From the NCBI GenBank assembly GCA_043786835.1, contig JAYVVR010000202.1, positions 1 through 32,199 on the forward strand: a stretch of DNA of 32,199 nucleotides. The letters run 5' to 3'. Shown piece by piece: positions 23,240 to 30,750 of this stretch. Position 1 is the stretch's first letter, and every line of letters begins with the position of its first letter. Position numbers and translations under genes: made by a program. A model generated the notes under the pieces. That model saw nothing but the letters and a program-made list of their open reading frames with translations, had not been told where the DNA came from and did no database searches. The DNA is from Armatimonadota bacterium. Lineage in GTDB: Bacteria > Armatimonadota > Armatimonadia > Armatimonadales > Capsulimonadaceae.

Positions 23240-23692
23240 ATGGCACAATCAGCAGCACTCACGACAGCCCCGAAGCCGCTCGCCGAGGGCGACCCGGTGC
23301 GCCTCGCCGACCGCGAAACGACTGCCCCCGATACCAAGTCAGGGTTGTTCTACCCATATTACCGGGGATTGACCGGCACTATCGCAAAACTCTACAGCGA
23401 CAGCACGGCTGCTGTGGCCGTTGACCCCGAAAGCCTGCCCGACGACATCCGCAAGCGCCACCAGACCGGCACCGACGCCATGCGCCAGAAATGGCTCGAC
23501 GGCCTGTCCGAAGAAGGCCGCAACAAGCTGTCCGCCGCCGAGAAAAAGTTCTCGCTCCGCTACAGCCTCCTTGTAAGCGTGTCCGATCTCTCGCCGGGAG
23601 ACGCGCCCGAGCCGGTCCGCAAGAGCCTCTCAGAAATCGAGGAAGCCGAAGCCGCTCATCTTGCTGAAGTGGCGAAAAGGAAGAAGAGCTAG
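23240..23692 (+). CDS. Hypothetical protein, 150 aa
   Basis: AAGGAGAG SD lies upstream of ATG 23240. No family recognised. Confidence 0.55.
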   Translation: MAQSAALTTAPKPLAEGDPVRLADRETTAPDTKSGLFYPYYRGLTGTIAKLYSDSTAAVAVDPESLPDDIRKRHQTGTDAMRQKWLDGLSEEGRNKLSAAEKKFSLRYSLLVSVSDLSPGDAPEPVRKSLSEIEEAEAAHLAEVAKRKKS

Positions 23693-24144
23693 GTTCCTAC
23701 CGACAGCACGGCGAGATGCCCGAACTCGCCGTGCAGCCAGGCCAAATCAGCTGCCGTGCCGCGTACGGCGGCTTCGACCGCCTGCTCATAGGTGACAAAG
23801 TCCAAATCCGATGCCCCGCTTTCGTAGTCTGCTGCGATTGCCTGCGCGGCAGCGGGGAGCATGACTTCAAACTGAACAGGACCGGGGCCGGCTTCCTGCC
23901 AGACACGGCCTATTAGGGCGGCACGTGTATGACTCAGCGGGATGGCTTCAAGAAATGGATACCCCCACCTCAGCGGCTTGTTGAGGGCGGTCGCGAAAAA
24001 GAGCAGCTCTGTCTGCTGAGTCTGTGGACTGGATTCGCCCCGGACAAATGCGCCATCGGCCAAAGCGTCCGGTCCTGCCAATGCCCTGCTCACGACCGCC
24101 TCCCACTGCGCGACGCTGAGGTTCCAATTCGGGGTCTCTGCCAT
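23689..24144 (-). CDS. Hypothetical protein, 151 aa
   Basis: Start taken at ATG 24144 ('MAETPNWNLSVAQWE'). Its stop shares the tetranucleotide CTAG (23689-23692) with the convergent gene's stop. Confidence 0.45.
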   Translation of the reverse strand: MAETPNWNLSVAQWEAVVSRALAGPDALADGAFVRGESSPQTQQTELLFFATALNKPLRWGYPFLEAIPLSHTRAALIGRVWQEAGPGPVQFEVMLPAAAQAIAADYESGASDLDFVTYEQAVEAAVRGTAADLAWLHGEFGHLAVLSVGT

Positions 24145-24196
24145 ACCGGACAGTGTACCCGAGAATGCACGGAAGAGTGAAAGCGGCGCCGAAGGA

Positions 24197-25156
24197 TTGA
24201 AAACTATGCCGGACCCGACAGAACAATTGACGCCTCCATCGCCGACACCCGGCAAACGTACTTCTTTGCCGCGCTCCTACTTGTGGGCATTGCTGGTCGC
24301 CGGGCTGGTCGCCGCCGGGCTCGCCGCTCTGCTTCACTTTTCTCCGGCAGCTCCGGCTCCACATTCCCCAGCAGCGGTTCTGCCGGTCACGATGCCGGAG
24401 ATAAATCCGTCCGCAGTTCCCATCAATATCACCAAAAAACCGGCGCAGACTTCAGAAACGCCGCTCATGGTAACGCTCTCCAGCGGCGCCGCCGGGAAAC
24501 CTGTGCGCGTGGGAAAACCCGTGATGATCTTGGCTTACGCAGAACTGCCGCCGGGCGCAAGCGCGACGCTTGCAGTCTCATACAGCCGAAACCATGGACC
24601 ACAGACCCTGCTGGCGCTGGTGCAGGGCAGCCTTGCGACTATTGCCTGGACCCCGATCCTGCCGGGGCAGTACGACTTTACAGCTTCCGCGATGGATGCC
24701 CGCAAAAACAGTGCGCTCTCGCATCATCTTTTGATTGCCGCCGACGCCGCCCCAGTCCTTCCCATGCCCGTGTTCGTCCCTGCCCCATCGCTGCCAGTGC
24801 AGGTCGCCGTAACGGAGCCGAGCAGGAGCGTCCAGCGAGTGCGTCCACGACGACCGGTGCAGAAACGGAGCAAATCCGCGCAAAGACCGAATTCACCCGA
24901 ACTTGCCGCCGGGCAGCCAGCAGTTTTACACGCCTACCATGTCGCCGCCGGGGCATTTATCGTTCGCCCTGTCGCCGAAACACTGGCCGGGGCGTTGCGG
25001 CGGCACGGCTTTCATGCGTCCGTTCGTCTCGGCCCTATCCTATATCACAAACAGAGCTACGTTGTCGAGACCGGGGCTTACTTGCGGCCGGCAGACGCAA
25101 ACCGGCAGCGCGATACGCTGAAGCGCAGCGGCTATCCCGCCTATATTTTTCAGTAG
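24197..25156 (+). CDS. SPOR-domain (peptidoglycan-binding) membrane-anchored protein
   Basis: N-terminal TM 'LWALLVAGLVAAGLAALL'. The C-terminal ~75 aa 'YHVAAGAFIVRPVAETLAGALRRHGFHASV...YVVETGAYLRPADANRQRDTLKRSGYPAYI' has the SPOR beta-alpha-beta repeat pattern. Confidence 0.65.
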   Translation: MKTMPDPTEQLTPPSPTPGKRTSLPRSYLWALLVAGLVAAGLAALLHFSPAAPAPHSPAAVLPVTMPEINPSAVPINITKKPAQTSETPLMVTLSSGAAGKPVRVGKPVMILAYAELPPGASATLAVSYSRNHGPQTLLALVQGSLATIAWTPILPGQYDFTASAMDARKNSALSHHLLIAADAAPVLPMPVFVPAPSLPVQVAVTEPSRSVQRVRPRRPVQKRSKSAQRPNSPELAAGQPAVLHAYHVAAGAFIVRPVAETLAGALRRHGFHASVRLGPILYHKQSYVVETGAYLRPADANRQRDTLKRSGYPAYIFQ

Positions 25157-25215
25157 CCGTAACGCGCCGGAACTTTTGGGTGGTCCTGTGCCTTTTTCTT
25201 TTACTAGTGTTGTTA

Positions 25216-25224
25216 TGGTAAAAT
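25216..25224 (+). promoter_or_regulatory. Candidate extended -10 element (TGGTAAAAT) 7 nt upstream of the cysD ATG (possible leaderless transcript)
   Basis: TG at 25216-25217, TAAAAT at 25219-25224 and ATG at 25232. Confidence 0.3.
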
Positions 25225-25231
25225 AAAGGCT

Positions 25232-26155
25232 ATGACCGTTATGCTGAATTCTGAACTGACCCAAGTCTCACATTTGTCGGAACTCGAAGCCGAGTCCATC
25301 TTTATCCTCCGCGAAGTCGCCGCTCAGTTTGAGCGGTCTGCGCTGCTGTTTTCCGGCGGCAAAGACTCGATTATTCTCAGCCACCTTGCCCGTAAAGCAT
25401 TCTGGCCGGCAAAAATCCCGTTTCCGCTGCTTCATATTGACACCGGGCACAACTTCCCCGAAACGCTGTCCTACCGCGATGATTGGATGGAAGTCATCGG
25501 CGCGAAGCTAATCGTTCGATCTGTTCAAGACTCAATCAATCAAGGCCGGGCCGTTGAAGAGAAAGGCTACAATGCCAGCCGAAACTTACTGCAAACCGTG
25601 ACGCTTCTCGATGCCCTCGAAGAGCTGAAAATAGACGCGGCGATGGGCGGGGCCAGGCGGGACGAAGAAAAAGCCCGCGCCAAGGAGCGTTTCTTCTCGC
25701 ACCGGGACGAGTTCGGCCAGTGGGACCCCAAAAACCAGCGTCCTGAACTGTGGAACCTGTTTAACGGCCACAAGCATCTTGGCGAGCATTTCCGGGTCTT
25801 CCCCATTTCCAACTGGACGGAAATGGATGTCTGGCAATATATTTTACAGGAGCAGATCGCCCTGCCGAGCATTTATTTCACGCATGAGCGCGAAGTGATT
25901 GTCCGCGACGGCAATCTGCTCGCCGCCTCCGAGTATCTAAATACGCGCCCGACCGAAACGCCCGAAGTTCGGCAGGTGCGTTTCCGAACTATTGGCGACA
26001 TGACCTGCACCGGCGCGGTTCTTTCTCCCGCCAACAGTTTGGAAGAGATTATCCAGGAAGTCGCCGCAAGCCGCCAAACCGAGCGCGGCACCCGCGCCGA
26101 CGACAAACGCTCCGAAGCCGCGATGGAAGACCGCAAAAAAGAAGGCTACTTTTGA
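25232..26155 (+). CDS. cysD: Sulfate adenylyltransferase subunit 2
   Basis: 307 aa. 'LSELEAESIFILREV', PP-loop 'LFSGGKDS', 'RRDEEKARAKERFFS' and 'FRVFPISNWTEMDVWQYI' match CysD throughout. Confidence 0.95.
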   Translation: MTVMLNSELTQVSHLSELEAESIFILREVAAQFERSALLFSGGKDSIILSHLARKAFWPAKIPFPLLHIDTGHNFPETLSYRDDWMEVIGAKLIVRSVQDSINQGRAVEEKGYNASRNLLQTVTLLDALEELKIDAAMGGARRDEEKARAKERFFSHRDEFGQWDPKNQRPELWNLFNGHKHLGEHFRVFPISNWTEMDVWQYILQEQIALPSIYFTHEREVIVRDGNLLAASEYLNTRPTETPEVRQVRFRTIGDMTCTGAVLSPANSLEEIIQEVAASRQTERGTRADDKRSEAAMEDRKKEGYF

Positions 26156-26712
26156 TGTCAGCAAGTCTTGAACTTGAAGTCCCATACCCATTGAGCGACT
26201 GCCTTCAGCACAGCGAGACGATCTGCGTTCGTGAATGCTGCGGCATTGACGCGATCTCCGATGATCCAGAATTGGTCGCGCAATGGGGCCGGACTGTCGG
26301 GTACGGGACAGTTCAGCAGGCGCTGATACAAGTCCGAGAACTTATTGCACAGGTTGAGGACCTTTCTCAGAAAGTATGTATCTCGTTCCTCAATGCTTGC
26401 GTCATCGGCGAGATTACACGCGAGAAACCACTGTCGTTCTTGCAGGCTTTTGAGGCCGCATTAAGGTGTCGCCTAATGAATGAAGTTCTGACACGCGCTG
26501 AAATGGAAGTGCAGTTCGATGGCGAATGGGTCTTGGTTTCGGACCCAGAATTGGATAAAAATATGGAAGTCGTTAAAGGGCTGGTGGTCAGTCACGGCAA
26601 AGACCCGGAGGCTGTCTATCAGGCCGCGATTGACCTGGGCGTGACCCATTCAGCCTCTCTTTACTTCGGACCGATCCCGGAGATGTCCATTTTGCTGAAT
26701 ATTTGGCTATGA
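26155..26712 (+). CDS. Hypothetical two-part protein: Cys-rich N-domain fused to a DUF5678-like C-terminal domain
   Basis: ATG 26155 overlaps the cysD TGA by 1 nt. N-part 'DCLQHSETICVRECCGIDA' (C-x8-C-x3-CC). C-part 'FDGEWVLVSDPELDKNMEVVKGLVVSHGKDPEAVYQAAIDLG' resembles the small DUF5678-type proteins I recall next to retropepsin-like proteases. Confidence 0.5.
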   Translation: MSASLELEVPYPLSDCLQHSETICVRECCGIDAISDDPELVAQWGRTVGYGTVQQALIQVRELIAQVEDLSQKVCISFLNACVIGEITREKPLSFLQAFEAALRCRLMNEVLTRAEMEVQFDGEWVLVSDPELDKNMEVVKGLVVSHGKDPEAVYQAAIDLGVTHSASLYFGPIPEMSILLNIWL

Positions 26713-27095
26713 GTGTCGCCTTCAACCCTATACAGGGATTAGTTCTTTTTCCGGCGACCTTGTCCGGCCCGTCAGGAACCCATGTTGCCCAGATTGCGCT
26801 TGACACGGCAGCAACGGAAACAACTTTGAGTAAACGCCTGCTCAGGCTAATTGGCTGTTATTCCAACGGCATTTCCTATCCGACGGCCTGGGTGACCGTG
26901 GGTAATGGCGTAGTGGCAGTGCCGCAAGTCACGGTGAACATGCTGGAAACTCTAGGACAGCAAAACTCCGATTTTGTCGTTCAGGCGCACACCCTGCCGC
27001 CAGGACTACCGATGGATGGGCTGCTCGGCCTTGACTTCATCCGCCAGTATCGTCTCGGCGTTGATTTTCGGACCGGCTTTATGGTCTTGGAATAA
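26709..27095 (+). CDS. Retropepsin-like (clan AA) aspartic protease homolog with a D-T-A active-site variant
   Basis: ATG 26709 overlaps the upstream stop (ATGA). 'IALDTAATETTLS' aligns with the DTGA active-site loop, and 'GLLGLDFIRQY...VDFRTGFMVLE' matches the C-terminal family pattern. Confidence 0.65.
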   Translation: MSVAFNPIQGLVLFPATLSGPSGTHVAQIALDTAATETTLSKRLLRLIGCYSNGISYPTAWVTVGNGVVAVPQVTVNMLETLGQQNSDFVVQAHTLPPGLPMDGLLGLDFIRQYRLGVDFRTGFMVLE

Positions 27096-27108
27096 GTGAG
27101 GAGCATTG

Positions 27109-27696
27109 ATGAGCTTACGCCTTGACCAGCAAATCGGCTTTATTCTCGAACTCGACACACTCAAAAGCGTCCTGCGCCGAAGCTATCTGCTCAATAATAC
27201 GCAGCGCGAGAACTCGGCGGAGCATTCGTGGCATTTGTCGGCGATGGCCCTCGTGCTGGCAGAACACGCAAACGCAGACATTGACCAGTTTCGGGTTCTC
27301 AAAATGCTTTTGGTGCATGACATTGTCGAAATTGACTCCGGCGACACCTATATCTACGACACCGCCGGGAACGACACCAAAGCCGTCCGTGAACAGGAAG
27401 CCGCCCAGCGCATTTTTGGCCTGCTGCCCGACGACCAAAAGTTGGAGCTAACGCAGTTATGGCAGGAGTTCGAGGCGCGGGAAACGCCGGAAGCGAAGTT
27501 CGCCGCCGCGCTCGATAGACTCATGCCGCTGCTGCATAACTACCACACGGAAGGCCGAAGCTGGCGGGAACATGGGATTACGAAACAGCAGGTGCTGAAC
27601 TTGAACCGGCACATCGCCGACGGCTCGCAGTCGCTCTGGGAATACGCCGAATCGCTGATTGACGACGCGGCGGCGAAGGGGTATTTGGTGGGCTGA
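27109..27696 (+). CDS. HD-domain phosphohydrolase (YfbR-like 5'-deoxynucleotidase family)
   Basis: GAGGAG lies 5 nt upstream of ATG 27109. 'RENSAEHSWH' and 'LLVHDIVEIDSGD' give the H...HD...D metal ligands in the YfbR/HD_3 arrangement. Confidence 0.8.
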   Translation: MSLRLDQQIGFILELDTLKSVLRRSYLLNNTQRENSAEHSWHLSAMALVLAEHANADIDQFRVLKMLLVHDIVEIDSGDTYIYDTAGNDTKAVREQEAAQRIFGLLPDDQKLELTQLWQEFEARETPEAKFAAALDRLMPLLHNYHTEGRSWREHGITKQQVLNLNRHIADGSQSLWEYAESLIDDAAAKGYLVG

Positions 27697-27705
27697 AAAG
27701 AGGAA

Positions 27706-27784
27706 GAACCTCACCCGGCCTCGTTCCTCGTCCACCCTCTCCTTGAGAAAGGAGAGGGTCGGAACGGAGTTCCGGCGTGAGGTT
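27706..27784. repeat. 79-nt imperfect palindrome (copy C, related to the CCTCCC/GGGAGG repeat family); possible intrinsic terminator
   Basis: Nested arms: aacctcac..ccgg / ccgg..gtgaggtt, ctcgttcc / ggaacggag, and an 11-bp core accctctcctt-gaga-aaggagagggt (27734-27760). A T-run follows at 27783-27786. Confidence 0.7.
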
Positions 27785-27874
27785 TTCCCAGTGCCGCGAA
27801 GCGGTACTTCGCAGCGTCTGCGCTGTGTAGCTGTGCAATTTATTGCATGGCTCGAAGATACTACTGGGGACACT

Positions 27875-28324
27875 ATGATTGACGCCGACACTGGAAACAT
27901 CCATCTGCCAAACGGCTACGTTATCACGCCCGCGCTGACGCTGGACAAGTTTCGGCAGGCGTGGTCTGGGCGGCTTGGCTGGAGGTCCCAGATGAACGGG
28001 GGGCTAGTTAAGACATTCCTGCTCGAAGTAAACATACATTTTGACGCACAGAGGCTGGCAAGAGTGTCTCTTGTGGCTGACCTATCCCACGTTACGAAGG
28101 ATGATCGGCAACATTGGATTGACACAAAGGCCTTCCATGACGCGCTAATTAGAAACGACTTAGGTGAGCCGGACGCTTTTACCGACACTTACGGTATGGA
28201 CGCTCCTGAACTCGGCAAAGCGCCGAACTATCTGCGGGCCTGGGGAAAAGCAGTTTCCGAGTTCGATTACGGCGGCGGCGATGCCTACATTTCGGTTGAA
28301 TATAAAAACGACAAAGCATTATGA
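27875..28324 (+). CDS. Hypothetical protein, 149 aa
   Basis: ATG 27875 is in frame with the listed 27659 ORF, whose 5' part overlaps the HD gene and the palindrome. The stop overlaps the cysN start (ATGA at 28321). No family recognised. Confidence 0.5.
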   Translation: MIDADTGNIHLPNGYVITPALTLDKFRQAWSGRLGWRSQMNGGLVKTFLLEVNIHFDAQRLARVSLVADLSHVTKDDRQHWIDTKAFHDALIRNDLGEPDAFTDTYGMDAPELGKAPNYLRAWGKAVSEFDYGGGDAYISVEYKNDKAL

Positions 28325-29613
28325 ATGAAACACTGACGACGGATGATTTTTCGACGACGGGCTATCTCGGCATGGATCTGCTGCGGTTTACGACGGCGGG
28401 GAGCGTGGATGATGGCAAAAGTACGCTAATTGGCCGGCTTCTCTACGACAGCAAGGCGATCTTTGATGACCAGTATGAGGCTATTAAAGAGACGACGGAG
28501 CGGCGGGGGGAGGAAGGGGTTAATCTCGCCCTGCTGACCGATGGACTTCGAGCAGAACGGGAGCAGGGCATCACGATTGATGTTGCTTACCGCTACTTTG
28601 CGACCCCAAAACGCAAGTTTATTATCGCGGACACGCCCGGTCATATCCAGTATACACGCAACATGGTCACAGGAGCGTCTACGGCCAATCTCGCGATTAT
28701 CTTGGTAGACGCCCGCAAAGGGGTCATCGAGCAGACCCGGCGGCATACGATTATCGCGTCGCTGCTAGGTATCCCCCACATCGCTGTCTGCGTCAATAAA
28801 ATGGATTTGGTAGACTATAGCCAGACCATCTTCGATGCTATTAAACGCGAATTTGAAGCGTTCGCGGCTGGACTGAACGTCGGCGATGTGTATTTTATTC
28901 CGATTAGCGCACTGAATGGGGACAATGTCGTGGATGCGTCTGCCAATATGGATTGGTACCCTGGCCCGGCACTGCTGCCATTGCTGGAGACCGTGCCGAT
29001 TGAAACCGATATTAACCATACCGACGCCCGGTTTCCGGTGCAGTATGTCATTCGCCCGCAGTCTGCCGAGTTCCCAGACTACCGGGGTTATGCAGGGCGA
29101 ATTGCCGGGGGCGTCTTTCGGCCCGGCGACGCGGTTCAAGTCCTGCCGTCAGGATTTACATCGAAAGTGCTGTCTGTGGACATGATGGAGAAAAGTTTGA
29201 CGGAAGCGACCGCGCCGCTATCAGTGACGCTGACGCTTGAAGACGAGATAGACATCAGCCGGGGCGATATGATTGTGGCCCAGGACAATCCGCCTACGGT
29301 CTCCCAAGACGTTGAAATTATGGTCTGCTGGCTCGGCGAGAAAAGCCTGATGATTGGCGGCAAGTATACACTCAAACACACGACCCGCGAGGTCAGGGCG
29401 ATTGTGAAATCGGTGGACTATAAGCTTGATATCAGTACTTTGGACAAGAATACCGAAAGCAAAAGCGTCAGCCTGAACGAAATCGCCCGGCTGACACTGC
29501 GGACGACCCAGCCGCTGTTTTTTGACCCGTACAAGCGCAACCGGACCACCGGGAGCGTGATTTTGATTGACGAAGCGACCAATGAAACGGTCGGGGCAGG
29601 CATGATTCAATGA
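28321..29613 (+). CDS. cysN: Sulfate adenylyltransferase subunit 1 (GTPase subunit, no fused APS-kinase domain)
   Basis: 430 aa. G1 'GSVDDGKST', G3 'DTPGH' and G4 'NKMD', plus EF-Tu-like domains II/III. 'LRFTTAGSVDDGKSTLIGRLL' is the classic CysN N-terminus. Confidence 0.95.
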   Translation: MNETLTTDDFSTTGYLGMDLLRFTTAGSVDDGKSTLIGRLLYDSKAIFDDQYEAIKETTERRGEEGVNLALLTDGLRAEREQGITIDVAYRYFATPKRKFIIADTPGHIQYTRNMVTGASTANLAIILVDARKGVIEQTRRHTIIASLLGIPHIAVCVNKMDLVDYSQTIFDAIKREFEAFAAGLNVGDVYFIPISALNGDNVVDASANMDWYPGPALLPLLETVPIETDINHTDARFPVQYVIRPQSAEFPDYRGYAGRIAGGVFRPGDAVQVLPSGFTSKVLSVDMMEKSLTEATAPLSVTLTLEDEIDISRGDMIVAQDNPPTVSQDVEIMVCWLGEKSLMIGGKYTLKHTTREVRAIVKSVDYKLDISTLDKNTESKSVSLNEIARLTLRTTQPLFFDPYKRNRTTGSVILIDEATNETVGAGMIQ

Positions 29614-30209
29614 ACCCAGCACGAATTCTGATTCTTGCAGGCGCGGCCCTGCTTCTCAGCGGCTGCGGCGACGACAAGCCCTACAGCGGGCCGGACCCGG
29701 TCCCGCAGGCCGCCAGCTATTCCGCACCTGCGCCGGAAGTCGCCGACAATACCCCGGATCCCTCATTGCCGCCCGACCCCCTGACTTCGGGCATCCATGC
29801 AAGTACCACGCCCGACAACCCTCTGCTCGAACCCAATTCGTTCGCGCCGCGTGACCCACTTGCCGATACCGACCCGCTGGCGGGCCGCAAAATGCCGACC
29901 AACCACTCGCACTGGCTTCGAGGCCAGGTACAGGGTGCGCGGCTGACTATTTTGCTGAACAGCATCCCCGACGGCGAGTATCGGGGGTTCGTTGACAAAG
30001 ACATTACAATGAAGCTGCGGGCAGGCATCAATACGGTCTCGTTTGTGTACACGCCGCAAAACCCAGACGCCTCCGCGCGGATGGACCTTTTGGAAGGCGA
30101 GCATCACCCACCGATTGCCCCGCTGGCAACGTTCCAGAGCCTGCCCCAGCCGCGCAAGGCCACCAAATTCAAAGAAACGACCCAGCGGTTTACGTTTTTT
30201 GCCCATTAA
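29610..30209 (+). CDS. Hypothetical lipoprotein
   Basis: Signal peptide with lipobox 'LLLSGC'. ATG 29610 overlaps the cysN stop (ATGA). A Pro-rich linker precedes a ~100-aa C-terminal domain. Confidence 0.6.
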   Translation: MNPARILILAGAALLLSGCGDDKPYSGPDPVPQAASYSAPAPEVADNTPDPSLPPDPLTSGIHASTTPDNPLLEPNSFAPRDPLADTDPLAGRKMPTNHSHWLRGQVQGARLTILLNSIPDGEYRGFVDKDITMKLRAGINTVSFVYTPQNPDASARMDLLEGEHHPPIAPLATFQSLPQPRKATKFKETTQRFTFFAH

Positions 30210-30225
30210 TTATTTCACTTAATTC

Positions 30226-30750
30226 TCACTCCTTTGGGACAAGCGGCATCGGCCAGCTTTTGTCGCGGCTTTCTTCGGTAATCAGCGCAATCTGGTCATA
30301 AGTGACATGGAACTGGTTGCAGAAACGCGCGTGGTACTTTTCCAGCAAATAGGCGTTAAATGACGCCTGCTGCTCTGCGCTATCCCGCGACTTTGACTTG
30401 GACAGGTAACCAGGGCTGCCGATGTCCGGCACGGGGTAGGCCTTCGCGGCCTGCTGGTGGGCATGAATATCTATCTCGGCCAGCATCCAGGCCAGCTCCT
30501 GGCGCTGAGGCAGGACGATCTTTCTGCTGACGGCAGCATAGGGATCGGGCGGACTGGCGGAGGACGGGTCTGGCTGATACAAAATCGTGCCGCGCGTATC
30601 CCCACCGGAGTTTGCCGTGACACCGACCGGCTTCGGGTCTGCCGTGGGTGCTTTCTGCGGCGGTGTCAGTACCGAATGGGTGCAGCCGGCGAAACACAGC
30701 AGGACCAGCCCGAATAAAAGCAGCTTTGTGCATGAAGCAATCATACGCAT
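30226..30750 (-). CDS. Hypothetical lipoprotein
   Basis: Start taken at ATG 30750 ('MRMIASCTKLLLFGLVLLCFAGC', lipobox FAGC). The listed 30789 start would overlap the divergent kinase gene. Confidence 0.55.
   Translation of the reverse strand: MRMIASCTKLLLFGLVLLCFAGCTHSVLTPPQKAPTADPKPVGVTANSGGDTRGTILYQPDPSSASPPDPYAAVSRKIVLPQRQELAWMLAEIDIHAHQQAAKAYPVPDIGSPGYLSKSKSRDSAEQQASFNAYLLEKYHARFCNQFHVTYDQIALITEESRDKSWPMPLVPKE

Noticed and set aside
22780-23337. Long forms of two minus-strand ORFs (22780-23337, and likewise 23689-24255)
   Set aside because: The 5' extensions run through divergent promoters and genes and encode low-complexity Gly/Ser/Ala/Val sequence. Internal ATGs (23187 and 24144) give coherent proteins.
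24955-24985. ttatcgttcgccct inside the SPOR gene as a further copy of the GGGCGAAC/GTTCGCCC element
   Set aside because: Only one arm matches and there is no complementary partner nearby. It is coding sequence.
24283-25221. 312-aa ORF overlapping the SPOR gene in another frame
   Set aside because: Its extreme Arg/Ser/Ala content is typical of an off-frame translation. The 24197 frame has a TM helix and a SPOR domain.
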